DNA from: Adineta vaga
Lineage: Eukaryota > Animalia > Rotifera
DNA length: 64,000 nucleotides
Direction of reading: 5' to 3'
Assembly: GCA_021613535.1 (NCBI GenBank)
Contig: CP075492.1
Span: 14,756,001 to 14,820,000 of the forward strand
Positions 48,301 through 60,267 of this stretch are shown one piece after another. Both the position numbers and the translations under genes were made by a program. The notes below the pieces were generated by a model. That model saw only the letters and a list, made by a program, of their open reading frames with translations, was not told the origin of the DNA and made no database searches. The stretch's first letter is position 1; the number at the start of each line of letters is the position of its first letter.

Positions 48301-48907
48301 ATTGATCATAGACTAACATTTGTATGTTTTTAAAATACAACTCTAAATGAAACACTACCATTGATGATATTGATGATAATCAAAAATGTTCCAATCACAC
48401 GAATGATAGGAAAAACTCCAGCATACATCGAGGTTGGTTCTGTGTGGGCTTTCCGTTACATTCTATAACGTGAACACTCTTTTCATGTTATGTTTCACGC
48501 GATGTTTTGGATTTTAAATGTATCACTAACGTTGAACTCAAGATTATGCACACTCTGAAATTCGATCTTCGCTGAGCTCAAGAATCTCATTAAAGCGAAG
48601 TATCTATAACCACTAAGTTATATAAAATTAAAAAATGAACATCTGAGTTACCTCACTTCGATGGATTATCAGTACTACTTTAGAGAGAAGTAACAAAAGC
48701 ATTCGTTTAGTTTGTTTTGCATTCTGAATGATGTAGGAGACATGCCTTTTTTTTCGATATTCAACAAGAACACAAATGTACAATAGGGAAAAGAAGGAGG
48801 TTTTAAAATACACAAATATTCAAAGAAACACTGTTCTAATTCGTTAATTGAAGATAATTTTATCATTGAGTTTGTTTGTTATCGACAGAAGATGCACAAG
48901 AAATCGT

Positions 48908-50082
48908 TCATGTAGGAGTTCCAGTATTTGCAATAATTAGATCACTATTTTCTAGAATAAATAGATCAATTAAATAATATAATAATAATAATTTAAAATA
49001 TTTCGTTTAAAATGATATTTAAGTTTGAGCATGGAAAATAAATTTCAATTATTGAGGATATATATGAACTTACCTATTTTTTCGCTCTTGTTCAATTGAT
49101 CTTTTTCATATTCGTGAGCATTCGATTTTTGACCTGTACCATGAGTATCACGAGTAAAAGATTTGCGACGTGTTGGACTATGATTAGTAGTTTTTCCATG
49201 AGTATTACCAGATGCACCTTTGTGTGTATCATGAGTGATTGATTTGCGACGTGTTGGACTATGATTAGTAGTTTTTCCAGGAGCATCTGAATGATCTGAT
49301 GTACCTTTGTGTGCATCCTGTGTGATTGATTTGCGGCGTGTTGGACTATGATTAGTAGTTTTTCCATGAGTATCTGTATTACCAGATGTGCCTTTGTGTG
49401 CATCCTGTGTGATGGATTTGCGACGTGTTGGACTATGATTAGTAGTTTTTCCAGGAGTATCTGAATGATCTGATGTACCTTTGTGTGCATCCTGTGTGAT
49501 TGATTTGCGGCGTGTTGGACTATGATTAGTAGTTTTTCCATGAGTATCTGTATTACCAGATGTGCCTTTGTGTGCATCCTGTGTGATGGATTTGCGACGT
49601 GTTGGAATATGACTAACAGTTTTTCCTTGTGTATTTGAGTGATTATTTGTATTACTATGCGTTTGATGAGTAATAGATTTACGACGTGTAGGACTATGAC
49701 TGGAAGTTTTTCCAGATTTATTCGTTTGTTCTTCTGATTTTGATTGAGGTTGATTGTCAGCCATGTCTTGGGCAGGTGTATCAGCAGTTCCTGTTTAAAG
49801 ATATAAATATGCAGTGAAATATGAGAGAAGACAAAAGACAGTATTTGTATAGATTGGAGGAATTGTGAAATATATACCTATATTTAAGTCTTTAATAGAT
49901 ATATCTGCAAGATTATCTTGATCCGTGTTTTGGAACAATGTTGGATCTCTTTGACTTTCAGTTTGTCCATGCGTTCGATTATATTCGTCAGAATAATTAC
50001 TTTCTTCATGTACCGCATCACTGGCTTTATCCAATTGAGTCTGTTCAGAAGTATTTGTATCGGTAAAAGATAATGATGACAT
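48908..50082 (-). CDS. Intrinsically disordered Thr/Ser/His/Lys-rich protein with seven (S)PTRRKS repeats, 3 exons
   Basis: Exons 50082-49878, 49790-49074 and 48951-48908 splice in frame (phase 1); the last exon is less certain. Confidence 0.7.
49150..49712 (-). repeat. Coding tandem repeat, 87-bp (29-aa) unit, alternating A/B variants (174-bp higher-order unit)
   Basis: GTTGGACTATGATTAGTAGTTTTTCC recurs at 87-bp spacing (one unit is 81 bp); GNTDTH and DHSD(T/A)P variants alternate. Confidence 0.92.
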
Positions 50083-51539
50083 TGTAGAAATGTGTAATTT
50101 ATTTCAAATAATTGAAAAATCTAAGTTTAAAATAAGAATTACATACAATTATATATAGAGCAGAGAAAAAGAGTGCAATTATGGCGTATGCCGATAAATA
50201 TATTATCGATTCAAGGACGTTTAAGACTTTTTCTTGTTGTTAATTTACGTCGTAACAATATAAATTGCGCGAGTGTTTTTTTCTTCTTCTAAAGAACGCA
50301 TAAAAGAGAAAAAAAGACTTTTTTCATTGTGATTCGTGTGTGAATGAAAGAAGCATGTTTTTGTTTTGATATTTTCATTAATAATTTACGATTCTAAAAT
50401 TCCTTTTGTCGATAGATATTGTCTCCGATGAAAATATTGAATTCTCAACATCGTAGAAAAATATTTATATGAAACATTCGAGAATTTTGATGACTGCTTA
50501 TTTTCATTGCCGATTGAAACAAAAACTTCTGAATAATATATTACGCAGTGAAAAAAAACATGACGATAGTTAGTTAGTTTTGTTCTTTCAAAGAAACAAA
50601 AAAAAAGAAATTGTTGATTACTTTCTTTTTCTTAATACTCGCGCAAGTAATGCCCTCGATTTCAAAAAGAACAACAAAATACTTTGTAAAAACGTTCGAT
50701 CGAGAAAGAATATTCCACTTGAAGTATTTATGAAGTTGCAAATTTGACCAAACTCGTTAAGATATGATCGTTACTAGATAAAGTCATTTTCGTAGTTAAT
50801 CAAGGACTGAAAAAAAGATTATGATTGTTAACAATATAGAAAACAACATCATAAGATTGTATTCTAATGAATAGAATCACATGTGTTTTTATTTTACCAA
50901 ATAAATTGATCATGTCTGACAGAAAAGTGACCCAAAAACGATTCGATTGTTCATGAGAATCGAACTATATTTGCTATTATTATTTCATTGCATTGTCGAA
51001 AATTTTTATCATTTATGCTACACATTAATGATTTGATTGGTACTATTCGATCATACAGTATATAATTATCTCTTAATATTCTTTATTTTTTATTCAATTT
51101 TCGATTGAATTTAATATTATGATCAGAACGTTTACCGTCACGTTATAAACAACTGAGTCAATTTTTATGAACGATTCATAACGCTTCTTTTCGAAATAAT
51201 TTATTAGTAAAATTGCTATAGATTTAGTCATTTCTTCTTGGAATGTGCGAACTATGAAAGGGAATGATTGCAATGACACTCAATTTCTCTTCCGACTACA
51301 TACTGTAACGATATCTGTGATGATATCGTTCTATCCATTTTCTTTGGCTGTTCTCTGTCTCCACAATCTATCTCTCTCTCATGAATTTCCTCCCTCATTC
51401 TCTTTCTTTTGGTTGCACATATATAAGCTTGTGTTTTTTGTATGTAAAAGATGCGATTAATGTTAGGAAGAAATAAAGAATGATATGATTCCATCTGGAT
51501 ATACATCTCTTCCATCAGAAATCGTCACAGATAGCTTTC

Positions 51540-51870
51540 GATAAAAATGAAGAATATATTTGTGTAGCACAATATAGCGAAGATTGTGTAGTAAAATACA
51601 CAAAAAATGGCAAGGAGATGATAGCTGCGGTGACAATGGTCGAGAAAAAGCTCCCAATCAATTTTATCTTCGTAAGTGACAGTTTCGATCATAGAATGAT
51701 TGAGTATTCCAAACGAAATATAACTTTCTCCATAATCTATCTTGCTCATTTAGTATATAGTGTTGCGTGAATAAGGATGATGCAATCTATGGATCAGACT
51801 ATGAAAATGAACGTATTGTTAAATGGGAAAAGGATGCTAAACAAAGTATTGTAATTGTAAAGGAAATTAC
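51540..51870 (+). pseudogene. NHL-repeat gene remnant
   Basis: Fragments DKNEEYICVAQYSEDCVVKY, GDNGREKAPNQF and IYGSDYENERIVKWEKDAKQSIVIV, similar to the intact NHL gene at 2863. Confidence 0.5.
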
Positions 51871-51908
51871 ACATAAAAGATTTCTTTTCTTTCCATTTTA
51901 TTTAGACG

Positions 51909-52748
51909 ATGTCTTACACGTCAGATGTAATTATTTTTTGGCTTAATACAAACATTGGTCAACCAAATGAATATCAAATATTGAAAGAAGCTTTTTCTAC
52001 AACATTACATCCTGATTGGGCTTCTTCAATGTGTGTAAACGATAATCATCTTAACGATCCGATAAAATGCAATATTAGCGGAAAGTTATACTCATATAAA
52101 AGTGATGCCATCGAAGTATATACATGCAGTGATGAAGATGTTTGTCTTGATTATTTACAACAAAATAAAAACAAGCGACTATTTATAATCAATACAAACA
52201 TGTCATCTGAACATTTTCTGTTCAAAGCTATTGAAAAATATCCGAACGTATTTGCTAAATCTCTCGAAGTTGAACGTATCTCACTTTATTTACTTCACAC
52301 CAATCCTGCACAAATAAAAGAAGAATTTGGTAATAATCAACAAAATGTTCTAATCTTTACCAACGAAATCGCACTTTTGGCCCATTTGATATGCGCTATT
52401 GCCGACTATTTCCGTATTGTTGGACAAAATCAGTTGAATCCGGAAAACATGCAAGACATCTCTCAAGGATTGAAATACTTTCGCTGGGCTGAGACACTTT
52501 ACAAACGAGCTAATGATTTCCAACAACCTATACAAGTTGATGCTCATATGTCGATCATAGACAACTGTAGTGATCAAGACGCCGACTTACTTGAACAAGT
52601 AAGAGATTCTAATGATCATATCGATGTATCGATTGCTTTTAATTGTACATGTGGTTCAAATGCTGTAGACATGACTGAAATAAATCAGCAACATGGATGT
52701 ACATCTACGCCTCTGCTGCCTTTTAGAAAGTATTGTCGCAGGGATTGA
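51909..52748 (+). CDS. Hypothetical protein with a receiver-like alpha/beta segment (lineage-expanded type)
   Basis: 279-aa ORF; VIIFWLNTNIG..., CLDYLQQNKNKRLFII pattern; may join the next ORF through an unresolved intron or frameshift. Confidence 0.6.
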   Translation: MSYTSDVIIFWLNTNIGQPNEYQILKEAFSTTLHPDWASSMCVNDNHLNDPIKCNISGKLYSYKSDAIEVYTCSDEDVCLDYLQQNKNKRLFIINTNMSSEHFLFKAIEKYPNVFAKSLEVERISLYLLHTNPAQIKEEFGNNQQNVLIFTNEIALLAHLICAIADYFRIVGQNQLNPENMQDISQGLKYFRWAETLYKRANDFQQPIQVDAHMSIIDNCSDQDADLLEQVRDSNDHIDVSIAFNCTCGSNAVDMTEINQQHGCTSTPLLPFRKYCRRD

Positions 52749-53328
52749 AAACAATGATTACCTCACAGACTCAAGAAGGACAATGCCGGTAAATATCGTA
52801 CCAGAGAAACGCACGGAAAACACAAACAATTCTCAAGTTCACATTTATCTTCTTAAAGGTTCATTTCCTCAAGAAACTTTTGAAAATATCTCGACAGTAT
52901 TAACACAGTTTTTCGGTGAAAGTTTGATGATTTTACAAGAAGAAAAGGAATGTGACCAACTGTTGAAACGGACTGATTCTCCGATTGTTGTTCTATCACT
53001 TTCAAACGATGATAATGAATTGCTGCTGGACAAACTCTGTTCACTTACTCAACCCCCTGCCATTTATCTCTCTGGATCACAACCAACTACTGTAAACAAG
53101 AGAGACGTTTTCTTTAACAAATATCATTCAGTTTGCGACATGTCAAATGATCCACAAGACTTGGCTGTTCGAATCGCTGTCGATCTCGCAATGAAACATC
53201 GAATTAACGGTGATCGATATGGTAGACAGCAAAATAAGAATAGTGCACAAAACAACTATGATCAATGTATTGAAATCTTAAATCGATTGGGTGATTTTGC
53301 TCGAATAAATGTCGACACGACAGACTGA
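52693..53328 (+). CDS. Hypothetical protein, possibly the C-terminal part of the upstream gene
   Basis: 211-aa ORF with globular composition; a decayed paralogous copy lies at about 58500-58780. Confidence 0.6.
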   Translation: MDVHLRLCCLLESIVAGIENNDYLTDSRRTMPVNIVPEKRTENTNNSQVHIYLLKGSFPQETFENISTVLTQFFGESLMILQEEKECDQLLKRTDSPIVVLSLSNDDNELLLDKLCSLTQPPAIYLSGSQPTTVNKRDVFFNKYHSVCDMSNDPQDLAVRIAVDLAMKHRINGDRYGRQQNKNSAQNNYDQCIEILNRLGDFARINVDTTD

Positions 53329-53687
53329 GAGAAGAAAGTTCTAAACATAATTCTCTTTTACACCGTAATCCTTTTTCTCAATAATACTACAAAACTATCG
53401 AGAAATGGGTGAGTGATAAGTTAAGTAAGCTTCAAGAATATATTCTTCTCTCTTTATTAGAGTGACATTTTACTTTTCATTTTGTATAAGTTCATTGCAT
53501 TGTCTTAGTTTCTTCAATAATAATAAGTATAATCTTCATTTTATATTTTGTTTCTGACAAGAAAACAGGAGAAACACAGTGATATCAATCAAATCAAAGC
53601 TGAAGTGTTGCTGCATTATCTCATTATCTAAAATTAATATTTGCTAATCCTTGATTTGTATTTTAGATTATCTCTCTCTCACTCACA

Positions 53688-54155
53688 ATGGACAATCAAC
53701 GTGCTGTTCTTCTTGATACTCAAAATCGACATCAATGCGGCGAAAGCAGACTTGGCCATCGAGTGCGACATTTCACTGATCGAACTGAATGCATCCAGTA
53801 TATACAAGATCGATTGGCAAACTATCAACGAATCGATTTCTTTCTTTCTTCGCAGGATCGAAATGTGATTGGAGATGAACTCGTTTTATTCGATCGAGTG
53901 TACTTTCATATTTATTATTCCACTCTCACCCACATTCCAAACAATAATAATCATTTATGCATGTGGATTCAACGTTTCGAAGAAGCTGAACTATGGGTAA
54001 AGATCAGTTATGCCATATATCGTCATGATTGGATATCTTACATACAGAGCAATTATTCTCATGCGATGTATGTCATTTTGAGAACGACACATGATATTCT
54101 ATTGGAAGAAGTGAGAGCAGCAAAACTGAGTATTCAAGAAATCGAACAAACATGA
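53688..54155 (+). CDS. Hypothetical protein, 155 aa
   Basis: ATG-initiated ORF; FTDRTECIQYI segment is similar in style to the upstream genes; partial copy at 58867-58965. Confidence 0.55.
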   Translation: MDNQRAVLLDTQNRHQCGESRLGHRVRHFTDRTECIQYIQDRLANYQRIDFFLSSQDRNVIGDELVLFDRVYFHIYYSTLTHIPNNNNHLCMWIQRFEEAELWVKISYAIYRHDWISYIQSNYSHAMYVILRTTHDILLEEVRAAKLSIQEIEQT

Positions 54156-55907
54156 TCAATAGTATTCATATTGATTGAAACTATAGGATGAGGAACTATA
54201 GTCGTTGATGAGTATCTGTCTGTTTTATCCATTCATACACCACTCAGGTATCGCATATTTATTGCGATAAAGATCAACTCATGGACACGTGACAATGCTT
54301 GTCATTATAATGAATTCGATTCTTTCAACTACTCTATATGTGATAAGAACGTAGGTTCTTTTATAGTAGCTCAATTGTTTTATTAGTTTTAATGATAGTG
54401 AAATAAATGTAGATGTTAATATTATGTATGAAAGTACCTCGAGAGCGGGTGCGAGTGTAGTTGTTGTATTCTTTGATACTAATACTCCTGTAAGCGACAA
54501 AAGAAGCTTACGCAAACTTAATTTGTCTTGTAGACATTATAGAGATTTAAATAGTTGGTGACACATCTTTGTGTACGAATGATATTGGTATTAGCAAAGG
54601 TGTTGATTTCGGATAGAAACATTGAAGGGAAACTTGCAAAATACCAGCTGGTGAGTCAAAAAGTGGGGTGTATGATTTAAACTACGGTCAAATTTTATAA
54701 GATTATTACATAATATCTAATATAAAAAACAGTGAGTGGCATCAATGTTCATCTAGGACAGAATCTGTAGGCAAGTATTGGACATCATAACGAGAAAGAA
54801 AGTATATCAAATTTCAATTAGTTCAGATGGAAGATTCGACAGATCAGTTTATTGGCCATAAATGATTTCGTTAAGTCGATCAAATCAAGATATTTGCTTA
54901 TAACCTACCATGAAGAGAGAGGGAGAGAAAGAGAGCAGGTCAATTATTATTTATATTTACGACCAAAAACAACACACACTAATACAGAATACAAACTAGA
55001 GAAGAACGCATATTGTTAAAATTCGATACTTGTTTCATTCCGCTTTTTCACTTAGGAAATATACGTAATTACAAAATAGTGTTTTTCAAGAAAAAAGATG
55101 AAACATCATTTGTTGACTGTTAATCTATTACAATTAAAGGGCACATGTACAAAATTAATTTTAATAGAGCCACAAAACTTATAAGCATCAATTGGAACTT
55201 TGATAAATTTATATCGAAATATCTCCATGTAAATGAGAAAATAACAATACTATTCTCATTTCTAATTATTAAACAGTTTCAACCTACGCTATAGCATAAT
55301 TAAACGATATTTATTCTGCGTATATAAGCGACATTAGAATACAGGTATTGTAATATGTCACAGAAAACCAGGTGCTTTTTCAATTGAAAAAATACAAAGA
55401 AAAAGCTTATTATTCTCCTGAGAAAATGATACCATATATAAAAACAACTTCAGTACTGATAATATACTCAAAGAAATATGAATTTGCCTTTTATCTCGAA
55501 AAGATTTTTGATTGAAAGAAAAAAAAAGTAATTATTATTTAAAATCAAATCTTTTATTATAATGAGAATACCTTGCCAATATGCCCTTGTATATTTCAGT
55601 ACCCAAATCGAATTTGTAGAATTAAAATAATGAAAAGAAAAAACAGCATTTTGCTTTATTTTGATATAACGATGATCTCATATCAAATGACATATCATGT
55701 CATACTTTAGATTAAATAATTATATATTACTAAAACAAACTGTAGCTTTTATCAATTTTATACTTTTTAAAGTACAAAAAATCTTCAATAAAGAGAAAAA
55801 GGTAATTGTTTTCATCGGAAATAATAAGTTGTTGAATATTTATATAAAAGACGTTGATATTTCTTTGTTTTTAAACAGAAATTACTTTTTTCATCGTCAA
55901 CATCACC

Positions 55908-57681
55908 ATGAATGTAAGTTGTTAATATTTATACTTGTTAGAATTTCCCACACATAACTTATTTCGATCAGTCGATGTGCTATTTGTTATGAGTTCTGGT
56001 ACATTTAGAGTTCTCAAGTTGTACAATATGCTCAGCAAAATGCTGTCATTGAATCATCAATCTCCTCAAAGAAAACGAACAAGTGCATATATTTAACATT
56101 TCTTTGTACTTGATTTATTCATATTGACGACATTTATCTTTTAGATTCAATGCGACATCGCAACAGATCAGAAAAATTATCATCGCTTGTGTTCTTATCA
56201 CGAGTTTGATCATTATTGCTATCATCTTATATTTTGTTATCTCACGTAAAAGTTCACATTCATCAAACGATATTACAATTGGAACGACTACAAGTATGTG
56301 CCATATTTTATATCATCCCAATGATTTGAGTTATCGGTGTTTGTTCAATAATTGTTTTTTCTTAAATCTTTTCAGATCTGACGACAAGTTCACAAGCATC
56401 GTCAAGCACACGTAGCAGTAATAGGACCGGTAGCACTAGCAGCAGAGCAAGTACTACACAGATGACAGGTAAATGAATTGCTAATTAAATACAATCTGCC
56501 TATAAATATACTTTTCAGCTTCCGTTTCAACTAGCAATCTTCTTGGGTCAAGCACAACTTTATCCAGTGAGTAACTATATTTTTCTGTATAGATGGATGT
56601 GGCTTATTGATTGGAAATTCTTTTGAATGATTTAGATACAGCATGTCAAACATTGACATTCTCACGATATCGATCCTATCCTACGGGCAACAAACCTTAT
56701 TCGATCAGTATTGCTGACTTAAATAATGATAAAATCAATGATATTATTATTACAAATGCAGATGATCCAAGTGCTGGAATCTATTATAACTACGGAAATG
56801 GTACATTCAAAACGGCTTCAGTCATTTCTGTTGGAACATATTCTGTATTTGTGGCAACTGCTGATTTGAACAAAGATAATAAAACAGATTTTATCATCGC
56901 TCAAGCTTCACTTAACAGTTTAGGAAAGTTTCTCGGTTTAGGCGATGGAACTTTTGCAACGCGTGTTGATATTTCAGTTGGTAGGTATCCATATGGAATA
57001 AGCATTGCTGATTTCAATAAAGATACGCATCCCGATATCGTTGCTGTTAATGATCATGATGATACTGCCAGTATCTTACTTGGAATTGGTGATGGAACTT
57101 TTCGAAGTCATGCAGTTGTATCGACTGGTCTTTATGTTACAGCAGTTGTCACGGCTGATTTCAATAATGACGCACATCTTGATTTTACAGTGACAGATTA
57201 TTCAAGTAACACAGCGAGTGTATTTCTTGGCTATGGAAATGGAAGTTTTCAACAACGTCAATCGTATGCAACCGGAATTAGTCCATGGGGAATAGCAGTG
57301 GCAGATTTGAATAAAGATAATTTTATGGACATTATTACTGCTAATTATGATGACTATACGATGAGTTTACTTTTTAGTAATGGAAATGGTACATTTCGAT
57401 CACAAGTAACATATCGAACTGGAGAATATCCAATGTCTGTTGCTGTAGGCGATTTAAATAATGATACAAACATAGATATTGTTATTGCAAATTCTAATAA
57501 TAATTATTTGAGTGTTTTTATTAATTATGGAAATGGTAGTTTTGCAAAACCAATGAATTTGACAGCCAATCAACAACTGTCAGCAGTTGCAATTGCAGAT
57601 CTGAATGGTGACAGTCGATTGGATATTGTTACTACTAGTTTAGTGAACAAAACTCTTGATATTCTTTTTAACTTATGTTAA
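55908..57681 (+). CDS. Type II membrane FG-GAP/VCBS-repeat beta-propeller protein, multi-exon
   Basis: ATG AAT|GTAAGT micro-exon, TM IIIACVLITSLIIIAIILYFVI, Ser/Thr-rich small exons, then a long exon with seven AD(L/F)N.D...D motifs and G.GNGTF repeats. Confidence 0.85.
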
Positions 57682-58099
57682 ATTTACGTGATTTACTTTT
57701 TGCTTGCTTTTGTTCTCTTATTGCTTTGTCTTATTTTCAAAAATAAAAACTTTCGAACAATGATCAATCCAATAAAGGAAAAGATATCTAAAAATATTGA
57801 GTATTTGGCAACTTATGTGGTATTGATTGAGATCTATCTTTCATTCTTTGTGAAATTAGATATTTTCATATCACTTGTTTTCATAGATTATTGTCAACGA
57901 CGATCTTGTTTATCTTTCAATAAAAATAAAACAAGTTGCCATTAGATGATGAAATTCTATTGCAATAATATCGTCGTTTTATTATGTGCATCGAATAGAA
58001 ATGCATTTATATTGAATCCGAACTATAAAAGATAATACTTTTAATGTTTTTATTTAACAATAGTTTCACGAATGTCTGTCACCGTACAACTAGTTATCC

Positions 58100-58965
58100 C
58101 TTATAGAAAAAAAACAAAGGCAAACATATATTTTCAATCATTTCGAATTCACTATGCCAACATTTTTTTGAAGAAGTTACTGGAAATTATGCAGTAATAT
58201 TTGAAAAATCTCGCGAAAATCAGCGTATCTCTCTGTATATATATTTTACTAATGTTAGTGAACTAAAACAAGAACTCAAAAGTAATCAACATCATGTAAA
58301 AATCTTCGATGCTGAAGTTAGTCTTTTAGCGCAATTAATGCCCAGCTATTGGAGACTAGTTTGTTAGGCAAATATGCTCTTCGCACGATCTAATGACTTT
58401 AAAAAATCAAAGGCTGATGATCAAATAATAAGAGCAAACTGATTACTTGAGCAAATGAGAGATCGTAATGATGATAGCTACTTACGGTGATATATAATTT
58501 CGATCTTGAAATCTATCTTCTAGAATCATCATCTTTCCATGAAAACTTTCAAAATATCTCTCTATAGGTCTAACATAGATTTTTGATGAAAATCTGACGA
58601 TTAAAATTGAAAAGAATTGATTCGCTGATTATCTCTTTAGATCATAACCAACTACTATAAACAAGAGAGAAATGTTCTTTAACAAATATCGCTTCGTTTG
58701 CGACATGTCAAATGATTCATAAGACTTGGCTGTTCGAATCGCTGTCGATCTCGCAATGAAACATCGAATTATCGGTGATATCAATCAAAGCAAAGCTGAC
58801 GTGTTGCTGCGTTATCTCATTATCTAAAATCGATCTGTGTTTCAGATTATCTCTATCTCATTTACAATGAATAATCAACGTAGTGTTCTTCTTGATACTC
58901 AAAATCGAAATTTGATTGGAGATGAACTCGTTTTATTCGCTCTGATGTTCTTTCATATTTATTAT
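58100..58965 (+). pseudogene. Deleted, rearranged duplicate of the 52150-53920 gene region
   Basis: Colinear matches, e.g. GACTTGGCTGTTCGAATCGCTGTCGATCTCGCAATGAAACATCGAATT identical to ~53158-53205, with stops and internal deletions. Confidence 0.82.
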
Positions 58966-59444
58966 CCCCACCCACACCCTCAAGATGATTTCATTTCATT
59001 TAGAAAAAAACTCACACGAAACAACTGCTTTATTGCTGTCTTCGTGTTGATTGACTGCTGAATCGACAAAGGAAAGAATGGAAAAGCAATCGCTGCTGTA
59101 TTCTATTTATTTTCGATTGGAAGAAATTAGGAAGTAAACACTTTTCGAGAAAAAATGTCCAATTGATGAATTCTGTTGACTTAACTTGAATTTATTCATA
59201 AGTTTTCGGTGAAATCGTTTAGTCTCAATCGACTACCTTCGTTAGTTGTAGTGAAAAAAACCAACATACATTACGCATTTAAAAAAACAAGAAAGTTTGA
59301 CACCTTCCAAATTCCATCACATCAGTGTTGGAAAAAGAAGCATAAGGTAGTAGACATGAAGGGAAGACGATGCCAATCGCTGTTATATAAAAGAAGTAGA
59401 AATCATTTCATCTGACATTGGTAACTGCAATCGAATTAAAAAAG

Positions 59445-59945
59445 ATGGCTGTATTCGGAACAAACAGTTACGATATTGAACAAACCGGTCAGGTGGTTCA
59501 AGTCCCTAATAATGACATTGCAAAATGCATGTATTATCTATCCTGTGTTTGTAACACAATTGAATGTAATGAAGGGCAAATTCTTCGATATACAGATTAT
59601 AGGAATTATTGGAAACTATCCCTCAATGAACAAGAAATTGTTTTTAAACTTTGCATAACACTTAGTCCAGATGAATTCGAGAATAAAGTATTTTTTGAAA
59701 GTGATGCTTTATGTGGAAATTCAGCAAATGAATTCTATAAAATTGGTCAAGTACAAAATCATCTATTTGTTGTTCAATCACTGATGGTTGCTGGACGAAC
59801 AAGAAAAGTTACTAATATTATGACATACAAACGACATTGGATGTTTAATAATTATTATAGTCCAATGAATCGATTAGCTGATCGTTTCAATCCACAACGG
59901 CAACTTATGCGAGCTCTTCAAGACTCTGATTGTATTATTTCGTAG
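59445..59945 (+). CDS. Uncharacterised globular protein with a C-terminal CaaX box (CIIS)
   Basis: 166-aa intronless ORF from ATG 59445; TATATAAA at ~59385; ends SDCIIS*. Confidence 0.75.
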   Translation: MAVFGTNSYDIEQTGQVVQVPNNDIAKCMYYLSCVCNTIECNEGQILRYTDYRNYWKLSLNEQEIVFKLCITLSPDEFENKVFFESDALCGNSANEFYKIGQVQNHLFVVQSLMVAGRTRKVTNIMTYKRHWMFNNYYSPMNRLADRFNPQRQLMRALQDSDCIIS

Positions 59946-60267
59946 AAAAACAATTAATTGATTTTGTTTGTCATTTTTGTATTTTCATGGAATCTATTCT
60001 GAAATAAATTTAATCAATCTATTTTATCTTTTCTGTGTAAGTGACACATACTTGAAAATATACATATTAACACTCAGTTTCAATTATAGTTTTTATGCTA
60101 TACAAATGAGTTTTTACACACACGCTCAAGATTATGTACTCTAGGAAGATCGTATTTAAATTTATTAAATTATTCAAAAGAAATGTTTTTCGAAACGAAG
60201 ATGATATACAACATTGACAATGTCTGCTTTAAATTCATAGTTTCTAAACGTTATAATATTTATAATA

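Noticed and set aside
49092-49577. 161-aa ORF with MEKLLIIVQH repeats
   Set aside because: Alternative-frame shadow of the 87-bp coding repeat; the other frame splices to flanking exons.
54640-54680. Tc1/mariner-like TIR starts (also at ~63421)
   Set aside because: No partner TIR or transposase remnant found.
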